DNA of 64,000 nt, from assembly GCA_963746845.1 (NCBI GenBank), contig CAVVCZ010000004.1, positions 768,001-832,000 on the forward strand, read 5' to 3'. Below, piece by piece: positions 1-9,301 of the stretch. This stretch comes from an uncultured Chloroflexia bacterium. GTDB taxonomy: Bacteria > Chloroflexota > Limnocylindria > Limnocylindrales > CSP1-4. Every line of letters starts with the position of its first letter. Within the stretch, counting starts at the first letter, position 1. The notes under the pieces are model-generated. The model searched no databases and had not been told where the DNA came from. It saw nothing but the letters and a program-made list of their open reading frames with translations. The position numbers and the translations under genes are program-made.

Positions 1-712
1 CCCTCCCCCGGTCCAGCTCGAGGATCCACTTCGCGACGTTGTCGAGGAAATACCGGTCGTGGGTGACGGCGACGACCGTGCCCGCGTACTCGTCCAGGAA
101 GCGTTCCAGCCACTCGACCGACTCCGCGTCGAGATGGTTCGTCGGCTCGTCGAGGAGCAGCAGATCCGGGTGCCGGAGCAGGAGCCGGGCCAGCGCGACC
201 CGCCGCTTCTCGCCACCGCTGAGCGTGGCGACCGACGCGTCGTCCGGCGGGCAGCGGAGCGCTTCCATCGCGATCTCGACGTTGCGCTCGACGTTCCACG
301 CGTCCGCGGCGTTGATCCGGTCCTCGAGCACCGACTGCTCCGCCCCGACCGCGTCGTAGTCGATGTCCGGCTCGGACCACTTCGCCATGACGGCGTTGTA
401 CTGGTCGATCAGCGTCTGGACCTCGTGCACGCCGTCCATGACGTTGCCCTTGACGTCCTTCGCCGGGTCGAGCTGCGGCTCCTGGCTCAGGTAACCGACG
501 GTGAAGCCCGGCGTGAGCCGCGCCTCGCCGCTGAAGCCGTCGTCGAGACCGGCCATGATCCGGAGGAGGCTCGACTTCCCTGCTCCGTTGGGGCCGATGA
601 CCCCGATCTTCGCCCCCGGATAGAACGAGATCGAGATGTCCTCGAGGACGGTCCGATCCGGCGGGTAGTGCCGGGCGAGCCGGTAGGTGCCATAGATGAA
701 CTCGGCGGGCAT
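1..712 (-). CDS. ettA: Energy-dependent translational throttle protein EttA (ABC-F); 5' part, runs off the window edge
   Basis: Not in the ORF track. Manual translation from ATG 712: MPAEFIYGTYRLARHYPPDRTVLEDISISFYPGAKIGVIGPNGAGKSSLLRIMAG...LSGGEKRRVAL...LLLDEPTNHLD...VTHDRYFLDNVA. Confidence 0.95.
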   Translation of the reverse strand, partial: MPAEFIYGTYRLARHYPPDRTVLEDISISFYPGAKIGVIGPNGAGKSSLLRIMAGLDDGFSGEARLTPGFTVGYLSQEPQLDPAKDVKGNVMDGVHEVQTLIDQYNAVMAKWSEPDIDYDAVGAEQSVLEDRINAADAWNVERNVEIAMEALRCPPDDASVATLSGGEKRRVALARLLLRHPDLLLLDEPTNHLDAESVEWLERFLDEYAGTVVAVTHDRYFLDNVAKWILELDRGR

Positions 713-768
713 GGCGACAAGCCTACCGAGTTGTCGGCGCGTCGGGCGGCTGCGATCATGCGGGCCGA

Positions 769-1738
769 GTGAGACTTCCAACGATCCTGGCGGTGTCGGC
801 GGTCCTCGTGGTCGGGTGCTCGGGCGGTTCGCCGTCGGCGGCGCCACCGGCCTCATCCTCCAGCGCCCCATCGGCCGCCCCATCGGCGTCGGTCGCCCGC
901 GTCGCCGACGTCGTCGTCGGTGGCGATCGGCCCGTGACGGTCCACGTTCCGCCGGGCTACGACCCGAGCCGACCGGCTCCACTGATCATCCTGCTCCATG
1001 GCTACGGCTCGTCCGGCGCGGAGCAGGACGCGTACCTCCATCTTGGCGACGCGGCGGCCAAGCGAGGCTTCCTCTTCGCCGCTCCCGATGGCACGAAGGA
1101 CAAGCTCGGCAACAGCTTCTGGAGCGCAACCGACGCGTGCTGCGACTTCGACCGGACCGGCGTCAACGATGTCGCCTACCTCGACGGTCTGATTACCGAG
1201 ATCGAGGGAAAGCGTGCCGTCGATCCGAAGCGAGTCGACTTCGTCGGCCACTCGAACGGCGGGTTCATGAGCTACCGGATGGGGTGCGCCCACGGGGATC
1301 GGATCGCCGCCCTTGTCAGTCTCGCCGGCGAGTCCTTCGCGAACCCTGCCGACTGCGCGCCGGGCGCGCCAGTCGCGGTCCTCCAGATCCAGGGGACCGC
1401 GGACGACGTCGTCCATTACGACGGCGGCACGCTCGAGGGGATCGGGAGCGGCGCGTCGATGTCGTCCTACCCAGGTGCCGAGGCCAGCGCCCACGCGTGG
1501 GCGACGTACGACGGCTGTTCGACGACGCCGGACACGCCGGCGGAACGCGTCGACGTCGACGCGGGGATCGCCAACGCGGGCGTCCCCGGAGGAATCGACC
1601 GTCACCCGCTGGTCCGGCTGCCGGCCCGGCGGCGCCGTCGAGCTCTGGACAATCCCCGGCGGAGGCCACGTTCCGAACATCTCCGGCGCGTTCCCGGACG
1701 CCGCCCTCGACTTCCTGACCGCGCATCCCAAGGCCTGA
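769..1738 (+). pseudogene. PHB depolymerase/LpqC-like esterase lipoprotein with a +1 frameshift near 1583-1590 (pseudogene or sequencing indel)
   Basis: Signal/lipobox (VVGC), LLHGYG and GHSNGG nucleophile motif in the 769 frame. The C-terminal part (STVTRWSGC...VELWTIPGGGHVP...LDFLTAHPKA) is in the frame ending at 1738. Confidence 0.8.
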
Positions 1739-1763
1739 TCGGCCGGCAGAAGGCAGCCGTCGG

Positions 1764-2876
1764 ATGCGGATCCTCATCGTGGGCGGTGGGATCGCCGGCC
1801 TGTCGACGGCGCGCGCCCTGGGGCTGCGCGGTCTCGAGAGCGAGATCGTCGAGCGGGACGCCGCACCGCGGATCGCCGGCGCGGGCGTCTTCCTCCCGGG
1901 CAATGGGATGGCCGCCATGCGGCGCCTCGGCCTCGAGGACGCGGTTCTCGCGCGCGGCGCGATCATCGAACGGCGGCGATTGATCGATGATCGCGGCCGT
2001 CACCTGCTGGACTTCGACGAATCGACGTTCTGGCGATCCGTGGCGCCGTCCGTGGCCCTGCATCGACATGACCTGCACGAGATCCTCGCCCACGGCGCGT
2101 CGGACATCCCGATCCGGTTCGGGATCACGGTGACGTCGCTCGTTGACGATGGTGCCGGCTCGATCGGCGTCACGTTCAGTGACGGCGCGGCATCCGTCTA
2201 CGACCTCGTGATCGGCGCGGACGGGATCCATTCCGGGATCCGGGCGATGGTGTTCGGCGGTCCACGCCCGTCGCTCGTCGGCCAGGCCGGCTGGCGGTTC
2301 GTGGTCGACGGCCACCCCGACATCGCGGGCTGGAACGGATGGCTGGGCCGGGATCGTGGGTTCCTCGCTCTGGCCATCGGTCGCGGCCGCGTCTACTGCT
2401 ACGCCGATGTCCGGTCCGGCACCGCGACAGACCCGACCGCGGGCGACATGACGCGCCTGGCGGCGTTGTTCACGGCGTTTCCCGAGCCCGTGCCAGGCCT
2501 GTTCGCCCAGGCGCCTCCGGCGGCCGACGTCTGGTTCTCGCCGGTCGAGGAGGTGCCGCCCACCTGGTCGCAGGGCCGTGTTCAGCTGGTCGGCGATGCG
2601 GCCCATGCCAGCTCACCGAACATGGCGGAAGGCGCGTCGCTCGCGATGGAGGACGCGCTCGTGCTCGCCGAGGTGCTGGCGTCGAGCGACGACGTCGGAG
2701 CGGCCCTCGAGACGTTCCGGGCGCGGCGCTCGGAGCGGGTCGAGTGGGTCCAGCACACGACCCATCGTCGCGATCGGATCCGCTACCTGCCGCCCGCCTT
2801 CCGGATCGCGATGATGCGGGTCGCCGGCCAACGCACGTTCCGTGCCCACTACCGTCCCCTCCTCGAGCCACCATAG
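1764..2876 (+). CDS. FAD-dependent monooxygenase (UbiH/salicylate hydroxylase-like)
   Basis: GGGIAG Rossmann motif, GADGIHS and VGDAAHASSPNMAEGASLAMEDA fingerprints. Confidence 0.9.
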   Translation: MRILIVGGGIAGLSTARALGLRGLESEIVERDAAPRIAGAGVFLPGNGMAAMRRLGLEDAVLARGAIIERRRLIDDRGRHLLDFDESTFWRSVAPSVALHRHDLHEILAHGASDIPIRFGITVTSLVDDGAGSIGVTFSDGAASVYDLVIGADGIHSGIRAMVFGGPRPSLVGQAGWRFVVDGHPDIAGWNGWLGRDRGFLALAIGRGRVYCYADVRSGTATDPTAGDMTRLAALFTAFPEPVPGLFAQAPPAADVWFSPVEEVPPTWSQGRVQLVGDAAHASSPNMAEGASLAMEDALVLAEVLASSDDVGAALETFRARRSERVEWVQHTTHRRDRIRYLPPAFRIAMMRVAGQRTFRAHYRPLLEPP

Positions 2877-2998
2877 GCCAGGCCGATCGGGCGCAACGGC
2901 CCGTCGCTCCAGCGGCGAACGGGCGGTCCGGCACTGGCGGGGACATGGCGATCGCTGCTCGAATGACATCGGATCCCGTTGACGGGGCGAGGTGTCCG

Positions 2999-3484
2999 AT
3001 GCCGCGAACGATCCGAACGATCGGCCTGGTGACCGGCCCGAAAGCCGATGAGATTCCGGCCTCTCATCGCGACCTGATCGAATGCCCGCCGGTAGCTGCC
3101 TTGACGACGCTCATGCCCGACGGTTCGCCCCAGACGACGGTCGTCTGGTGCGACTCGGAGGGCGAGCTCGTCCGCGTCAACACGATGCGTGGGTTCCAGA
3201 AGGAACGGAACATGCGGCGGGACCCCCGAGTGACGCTGCTCTGCTACGACCCGCGCAACCCGCTCCGGTACCTGGAGATCCGCGGCACCGTGATCGAGAT
3301 GACCGAGGACGGGGCCGGGCGACACCTGGATGCCCTGGCGTCGAAGTACGCGGGACGGACGATCCGGTACTTCGGCGACGCGATCCCGGTGCGGTTCGCG
3401 GAGACGGAGATCCCGGTGCTCTGCACGATCCGCCCGCGCCACGTCGTGGCGGTCGACGCGACGCCGGGGAAGGACGCGCCGTGA
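2999..3484 (+). CDS. PPOX-class F420-dependent oxidoreductase, paralog 1 (start uncertain: 2945, 2999 or 3029)
   Basis: AALTTLMPDGSPQTTVVW...NTMRGFQKERNMRRDPRVTL...YLEIRG pattern. Confidence 0.85.
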   Translation: MPRTIRTIGLVTGPKADEIPASHRDLIECPPVAALTTLMPDGSPQTTVVWCDSEGELVRVNTMRGFQKERNMRRDPRVTLLCYDPRNPLRYLEIRGTVIEMTEDGAGRHLDALASKYAGRTIRYFGDAIPVRFAETEIPVLCTIRPRHVVAVDATPGKDAP

Positions 3485-3924
3485 CCGCGAATGCGGGATC
3501 GGGCACGATCCCGATCCCGATCGACCACCTCGACCTGCTGACGCGGCCGATCTGCGGCGTCCTCACGACACTGGAGCCCGACGGTTCGCCCCAGTCGAGC
3601 CTCGTCTGGCTCGACTTCGACGGCGGGTGCGTCCGGGTGAACACGACGCTGGAGCGCCAGAAGGGCCGCAACATCCGGCGCGACCCGCGGGCGAGCCTGC
3701 TGGTCGTGGACCCGGACAACACGGCCCGGTTCATCCAGATCCGGGGCGAGGTGGAGCTCGTGTTCGAGGGGGCCATCGCGCACCTTGATCGGCTGACCCG
3801 CCGGTACACCCGCCACCCGTCGTACTACGGCAGCATCTACCCGGCCGAGCAGCGCGACCACGAGACTCGGGTGATCTGCCGGATCCATGCCCGGCGGATC
3901 ACCCTCGACGCGATCCACGCCTGA
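3481..3924 (+). CDS. PPOX-class F420-dependent oxidoreductase, paralog 2
   Basis: GTG start overlaps the upstream stop (GTGA). LTTLEPDGSPQSSLVW...NTTLERQKGRNIRRDPRASL...FIQIRG. Confidence 0.88.
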   Translation: MTANAGSGTIPIPIDHLDLLTRPICGVLTTLEPDGSPQSSLVWLDFDGGCVRVNTTLERQKGRNIRRDPRASLLVVDPDNTARFIQIRGEVELVFEGAIAHLDRLTRRYTRHPSYYGSIYPAEQRDHETRVICRIHARRITLDAIHA

Positions 3925-3938
3925 GCCAGGCCTCGGAA

Positions 3939-4198
3939 CCGGCGTACGGCCGACAGATCCTCGTGGGGTGTCGAGTAGCGGCGAAAGCGCCTGAAATTGG
4001 TGCCAGATCGACACGCGATGTCGACTCGGCGGGCTGCAAAGCCATCATCGCCAGTCAAGCACGCGTGGATCGGCGGCTCGGCCGTGCGGATCGCGTGGCC
4101 GAGATGGCCTCGTCGACACCGGGCGACGATCTGGCACCCAATCGGCGGGGTTTCGGTGGTCATCGACAGGGGATGTCGATCTGGCAGGGTCGAGCCGG
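3939..4198. repeat. Palindromic intergenic element of four TCGACA-N9-GATCTG units, two per strand, 50-bp period
   Basis: Minus-strand units at 3954-3974 and 4004-4024; plus-strand units at 4113-4133 and 4163-4183. The arms align without gaps around centre 4068/4069. Confidence 0.75.
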
Positions 4199-4201
4199 AA
4201 T

Positions 4202-5449
4202 TCATCCGGGCGGGGTATCCCCCGCGTGGACGATGTGGTCGAGCTCGCGCCAGAGGGCCACGACGAGCACCGCCGAGCCCACGAACGCGAACCAGAACGG
4301 CGCCGTGATCCCGAAGAACTGCGCGAGCAGGCCACCGATCGGGACGCCGATCACGAGGCCGCCCATGATCGCCACGCGGTAGACCCCGCCGACCCGGCCC
4401 AGCAGCTCGTCGGGCACCGCCCTCTGGCGGACGACCGTCGAGGTCGTGCCCCACACGAAGGCGTGGGCCCCGAAGATCACGAGCGTCCCGAGCGCCCAGA
4501 CCGGCGACGTCGTCAGGGCGAGCGACAGGTGGGTCACGGTCTCGATCAACAACCCGACCCGCATGATGTCCGCGAGGGAGAACCGCCGCTCGAGGGCGCC
4601 GTACGAGACGGTCCCGATCAAGCCACCGACCGCCACCGCGGTCGTGAGGAGGCCGAACCCGACGGCGCTCATCCCGAGCCGCTCCTGGGCATAAAGGACG
4701 AGCACGGAGAACGCGGCACCGTAGGTCACGTTGAACGTGAAGATCGTCAGCGCGAGGGTTCGCATCGGCGGGTTGGTCGTCAGCCATCGGATCCCCTCGA
4801 CCATCTCCGCCCGGAGACCGCTGCCCTCCCCCGTGCGCACGGGGCGGCTCGTGATCACGCGGGAGATGAGGACGGCGCCGAGCACGAACGCCGCGGCGTT
4901 GACGGCGAACGGGATCGCCATCCCCACCACGAACAGGAAGGCGCCGATCGGCGGCAGGAGCAGCTGGTTCGTCAGGACGAACGCGCCCTGCATCCGGGCG
5001 TTGGCGATGCCGAGGTCCTCGCGGCCGACGAGACCCGGGACGAGCGTGCTGCTGGCGGAGTCGGCGAACGTCTCGGCGGTCGCCAGCGCAAACAGCGCGA
5101 CGAGGACCAGGACGATGCTCACCGTCCCGCTGACGATGGTGAGGACCAGCCCGACGAGGACGGCCGACCGGACGAGGTTGACGACGATGACCATCCGCTT
5201 GCGGTCGAAGCGATCGGCCATGGCGCCGCCCAGGACGCCGAACAGGAGCACGGGCAGGTACTCGCTCAGGAGCGCCAGCGAGACGAGGAACGGGTCGCGG
5301 GTATGCGAGGCGACGAGGAGTGGGCCCGCCGCGAGGGCGACCCCGTCACCGGCGTTGTTGACGAGGGTCGACGAGAGCAGCCAGCGGAAGCTCCGGCCGA
5401 GACGCGGCGGCGCAATGGTGTCGACGAGCCGGGTGGGCAGGAGACGCAC
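4202..5449 (-). CDS. MFS transporter (DHA3/MFS_3-like)
   Basis: About 12 hydrophobic segments; motif A-like GAMADRFDRKR; VPDELLGRV. Confidence 0.9.
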   Translation of the reverse strand: MRLLPTRLVDTIAPPRLGRSFRWLLSSTLVNNAGDGVALAAGPLLVASHTRDPFLVSLALLSEYLPVLLFGVLGGAMADRFDRKRMVIVVNLVRSAVLVGLVLTIVSGTVSIVLVLVALFALATAETFADSASSTLVPGLVGREDLGIANARMQGAFVLTNQLLLPPIGAFLFVVGMAIPFAVNAAAFVLGAVLISRVITSRPVRTGEGSGLRAEMVEGIRWLTTNPPMRTLALTIFTFNVTYGAAFSVLVLYAQERLGMSAVGFGLLTTAVAVGGLIGTVSYGALERRFSLADIMRVGLLIETVTHLSLALTTSPVWALGTLVIFGAHAFVWGTTSTVVRQRAVPDELLGRVGGVYRVAIMGGLVIGVPIGGLLAQFFGITAPFWFAFVGSAVLVVALWRELDHIVHAGDTPPG

Positions 5450-5471
5450 CGGCCGGAGGATAGCAACGCGG

Positions 5472-7331
5472 TCAGTGCCCGGAGGTGATCCCTTCGGCGA
5501 ACGCGAGCATCCGTGCGTGCTGGGCGATCGCGAGCTCGTCGTTGGCCGCGCTGCCCGTGTGGCCGGCGTCGAACCAGTCGATCTCGACGGGGTGGCCGCG
5601 GGCCTCGAGCCGCTCGACGTAGCGCTCGATCGGTCGGGCCGGCGTCCGGGTGTCGTTGCGGCCCTGGAGGATCAGGACCGGCGCCCGGACGTCGTCGACG
5701 TAGGTCAGCGGCGAACCGGCGCGCATCGCGTCGGCCTTCTGGTCCGGACCGCCACCGAACAGCATCCGCTGGTACGAGCGGAGCAGGTCCGTCGAGTCCT
5801 CGTAGTTCATCACCCAGTCGGCGATCGCGATGCCGGCCATGCCGCCCGCCCACAGGTCGGGCTGGCGCCCGAGGCCGAGGAGCGTGAGATAGCCCCCGTA
5901 CGACCAGCCGGTGAGCAGGATCTGGTCCGGGATCGCGATCCCGTTCTCGATCAGCCACGCCCGGGCGCCGGCCATGTCCTCGAGCTCGAGCTCGCCGAGC
6001 CGCCCCCAGATCGCATGCTCGAAGTCGCGCCCGAACGTCGTGGATCCGCGGTAGTTCACCGACAAGACCGCGAACCCATGGTCGAGGAACGCCTGGGCTC
6101 CGGGGTGGAAGTTGGCGAACTGCGCCGCCGTGGGGCCACCGTGCGTCTCGAGCACCAGCGGATACGGTGGCTCGCCGTCGGGGACGCCGAGCCAGGCCTG
6201 GATCGGCGTCCAGTCTGTCGACGGGAACGTGATGCTCCGGAAGGCGCGACCGCGCGGCACATCGCCGCTGGCCAGGATCGTGCGCGTCTGGCGCCCGGTC
6301 GCCGGATCGAGGCCGATGAGCCGGCGCGGCGAGGCGAAGTCCTCCCAGCGGCAGACGATCTCGGACCCATCGGGTCGGAAGTACGCCGCGCCGAACCGGG
6401 CGTAGCCCAGGACGGCGCCCGCCGGGTGGTCGAGGATCCGGACGGCGCCGTCCTCGAGGTTCCAGACGAGGAGCCGCTGCTCCGCCCCGTCGATGTTGCA
6501 GAGCAGGATCTCGCGATCGTCCGGTGACCAGTCGAGCCCGATCAGGTCGCCCGCGGGGGCGTCGGTCGGGAGATCGATCCGCGCGCCGGTCGAGGCGTCC
6601 CAGACGAGCGCCCGCTCCCGTCCCGACGCGTTCGTGGTCGCGAGCAAGCGGTGGTCGTCGCGACCGTGCGCGAAGGCGTGCGCGACGATGCTCGTGTCGG
6701 GGCCGTCCCACAGCTCGGGTCCTGGCTCGTCAGTGACCGTGTCGACGGTCAGGACGCTGAACTCGAAGCCGGCGGACCGGTGGGCGGAGGAGAACGCCGC
6801 GACCCGTCCGTCGGAGCTCAGGGCGAGGGTCCCGAGCGCCGCCTCGGAGTGGTGGATCGAGCGGAGGCTCTCGACCGGGCCGTCCTCGTGCATCGTCCCG
6901 TACCGCACCGCGAACCGGTCATCCGACGCCGTGATGATCGCGACCCGCCGGCCGAACCGGCTGAAGGCGATGTCCTCGGAGGCGTAGGGCGCGAGGTGCG
7001 GCGTCAGGTCGACCGGCTCGCCGCCGCGCGACGGCAGCGCGACCCAGTGGCCGATCTCGTCGCCGGCCGTGTCGCGCAGCCAGACGACCCAGCGGCCGTC
7101 CGGTGTCAGGTCCCCGACGAACCGACCTCCGGCCTCGAAGGTCAGCTGGGTCAGGCCACCGGAGATCGTGTCCCAGTGATGGAGCTGGGCGAGGCCGGTC
7201 GCGTTCGTCGCGACCAGCCCCGTCGTCGGATCGTCGAACGCGATCCGGCTGGCGAGGATCGCGGATGCCCGGAAGCGCGCCTGCCAGGCCGTGCCGCTGG
7301 TCGCGCGGGGATCGGACGACGCGATGGACAC
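5472..7331 (-). CDS. S9 family (prolyl oligopeptidase/acylaminoacyl) peptidase
   Basis: Beta-propeller N-terminus, HGGP, VNYRGSTTFG, GWSYGG nucleophile, QGRNDTR Asp, AGH His. GTG 7331 chosen because the longer ORF overlaps real genes. Confidence 0.88.
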   Translation of the reverse strand: MSIASSDPRATSGTAWQARFRASAILASRIAFDDPTTGLVATNATGLAQLHHWDTISGGLTQLTFEAGGRFVGDLTPDGRWVVWLRDTAGDEIGHWVALPSRGGEPVDLTPHLAPYASEDIAFSRFGRRVAIITASDDRFAVRYGTMHEDGPVESLRSIHHSEAALGTLALSSDGRVAAFSSAHRSAGFEFSVLTVDTVTDEPGPELWDGPDTSIVAHAFAHGRDDHRLLATTNASGRERALVWDASTGARIDLPTDAPAGDLIGLDWSPDDREILLCNIDGAEQRLLVWNLEDGAVRILDHPAGAVLGYARFGAAYFRPDGSEIVCRWEDFASPRRLIGLDPATGRQTRTILASGDVPRGRAFRSITFPSTDWTPIQAWLGVPDGEPPYPLVLETHGGPTAAQFANFHPGAQAFLDHGFAVLSVNYRGSTTFGRDFEHAIWGRLGELELEDMAGARAWLIENGIAIPDQILLTGWSYGGYLTLLGLGRQPDLWAGGMAGIAIADWVMNYEDSTDLLRSYQRMLFGGGPDQKADAMRAGSPLTYVDDVRAPVLILQGRNDTRTPARPIERYVERLEARGHPVEIDWFDAGHTGSAANDELAIAQHARMLAFAEGITSGH

Positions 7332-7345
7332 CGTCCGGCCGGCGG

Positions 7346-7585
7346 TCAGGCCGGAGACTGCGCGACGGCGTGCTTCTGGAGGGCCGCGATCATGTCGCGG
7401 GCCTGCTGATGGTCCTTCTCGTTCGGCTCGACGTGGTCCGCGACGATCCCGCAGTACACGTCGTGGATCGCCCGGCTCATCGTGTCCTCGTCCGCGACCG
7501 CGAGCCCGCTGTCCTTGAGGTAACGCGCGGTGTCGCTGTCCGCGGGGAGGTGCATCGCCTGGACCAGGGAATCTCGCATCGTCAT
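7346..7585 (-). CDS. Small hypothetical protein (79 aa)
   Basis: GGAGG SD upstream; natural amino-acid composition; fills the gap before the S9 peptidase. Confidence 0.7.
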   Translation of the reverse strand: MTMRDSLVQAMHLPADSDTARYLKDSGLAVADEDTMSRAIHDVYCGIVADHVEPNEKDHQQARDMIAALQKHAVAQSPA

Positions 7586-7719
7586 CGTGATCGCCTCCGT
7601 CGCCGGTTGGGTTCAGAAGCGTACGCCCGCCCGAGGCGACGCGTGAAGCCGGCGGGCGGCACATGGTGCGGGCCACCGGCCCGGGATCTGCAGACCGCCC
7701 CGTCGCGTATCGTCTCGTG

Positions 7720-9276
7720 ATGGAGCCAGGCCCGAGCCCGTCCCTCGAACCAGTCCCCGACTCGGCGGTGCCGACGTCGCCCGTGCCGGCCCGCTCGGGC
7801 AGGCGGGTGCTCGCCGCGCTCGCGGTCGCCGCCGTCGCGGTCGTGGTGGCGGTGGGCGCCCTGTGGGTCGTGCCGGGGCTCTCGAGGACGTCCGCGCCCG
7901 GATCCTCGGCCGAACCGGCGGGCTCGGCCGCCGCCATCGCCCAGTCACCGGTCAGCCCGATCGCGAGCCTCGAGCCGAGCCTCGCCCCCACCCCCATCCC
8001 GACTCGCCCCGCGCCGACACTGCTCCCCGGCGGTCCGTTCGCTTCGAGGGGGGCCATGGTCGTGATCGGGACCGACGAGGCCCTGTCCATCGTCGGGGCC
8101 TCCGGTCGCCGCACGGTGCTGGAGCCATCATCGGATGCCCAGTTCCGGTTCCCGACCTGGTCGCCCGATGGCTCGAAGATCGCCGTCCTCCGATACACGG
8201 CCAACGCGAGCCAGATCCTCGTCTTCGATGCCGCTGCCGCCACGAGCAACGGCTCGGCCGCGCCGGTCGTGATCCTCGACAGCACGACGATCGGGGCGTT
8301 CTACCTCTCCTGGACGCCGGACGGCAAGACGGTGTCGTACCTGGCGAACGAGGGAACCGGGCAGTCCCTGCGCCGCGCACCAGCCGACGGCAGCGCCCCG
8401 GTCGACGGATCCGGGCCGGGCTCGACGATCCGGAGCGGGTTCCCCTTCTACTTCGACTGGATCGGCACGGACCGGCTCCTGGCCCACATCGGCGATGGAA
8501 CGAGCGCGTTCCTCGGTGAGATCGGGCTCGACGGATCGGCCCGGACGGCGCTCGACTCGCCCGGCGACTTCCGGCCGCCGGTCGCCAGCCGCGACGGCCG
8601 GTTCATCGGCTACGTCCGGACGGCCGGGGCCGGCGGGTCCTTCGTCGTCGTATCCGGCCGGGACGGGTCGAACGAGCGCACGATCCCGGTGTTCGGGCCG
8701 GCGGCCGTCACGTTCGACCCGGTGGGCGACACGCTCGCCACCATCGGGGCGATCGCCGCGCCGGCCACGCCCCTGGCGATCCCGGTCGGGCCGGTCCGGC
8801 TGATCGACGCCGCGTCCGGCAAGGCGCGCACCATCCTGGACGGATCGGTGGTCGCCTTCTGGTGGTCACCGGACGGCCGCACGATCGCGGCGCTCCGCGT
8901 CCAGCCGGTGGCGGTTCCGGCCCCGTCCGGGGGCCCCAGCCCCGGAGCTGGCGCCTCTCCGGCGGCGAGCGAGGTCGCCTCGGCAGGCCCCGACGCTTCG
9001 ACGGCCCCGCAGAGCGAGGTCAGGCTGGTCTTCGTCGACACCGCCTCCGGCCTGATCCGGTCCCAACCGCTGGTGAGCCCCGGGCAACTGTTCATCGAAC
9101 AACTGCTCCCCTTCTTCGACCAGTACGCGCTGAGCCACCGGCTCTGGGCCCCGGATGGCTCGTCGCTGTTGATGCCGATCATGCTGCCGGACGGTCTGAC
9201 GCAGCTGTACGCGATCCCGGCCGATGGCGGCCCGGTCCGCACCCTCGACGGGATCGCCGGGTTCTGGAGCCCGTAA
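7720..9276 (+). CDS. Membrane-anchored TolB/PD40-like beta-propeller protein
   Basis: N-terminal TM, Pro/Ser linker, repeated WSPDG/WTPDG/WAPDG motifs; TATCGT 6 nt before ATG 7720. Confidence 0.8.
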   Translation: MEPGPSPSLEPVPDSAVPTSPVPARSGRRVLAALAVAAVAVVVAVGALWVVPGLSRTSAPGSSAEPAGSAAAIAQSPVSPIASLEPSLAPTPIPTRPAPTLLPGGPFASRGAMVVIGTDEALSIVGASGRRTVLEPSSDAQFRFPTWSPDGSKIAVLRYTANASQILVFDAAAATSNGSAAPVVILDSTTIGAFYLSWTPDGKTVSYLANEGTGQSLRRAPADGSAPVDGSGPGSTIRSGFPFYFDWIGTDRLLAHIGDGTSAFLGEIGLDGSARTALDSPGDFRPPVASRDGRFIGYVRTAGAGGSFVVVSGRDGSNERTIPVFGPAAVTFDPVGDTLATIGAIAAPATPLAIPVGPVRLIDAASGKARTILDGSVVAFWWSPDGRTIAALRVQPVAVPAPSGGPSPGAGASPAASEVASAGPDASTAPQSEVRLVFVDTASGLIRSQPLVSPGQLFIEQLLPFFDQYALSHRLWAPDGSSLLMPIMLPDGLTQLYAIPADGGPVRTLDGIAGFWSP

Positions 9277-9301
9277 CGACGGTCCCGCGAGGACGCGAGG
9301 G

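Noticed and set aside
3939-4198. CRISPR mini-array interpretation of the 50-bp repeats
   Set aside because: Units are short bipartite motifs in two inverted pairs, not identical direct repeats, and no cas genes are present.
7332-8285. N-terminal extension making the S9 peptidase 937 aa
   Set aside because: Overlaps the 79-aa gene and the opposite-strand propeller gene; peptidase-like sequence begins near GTG 7331.
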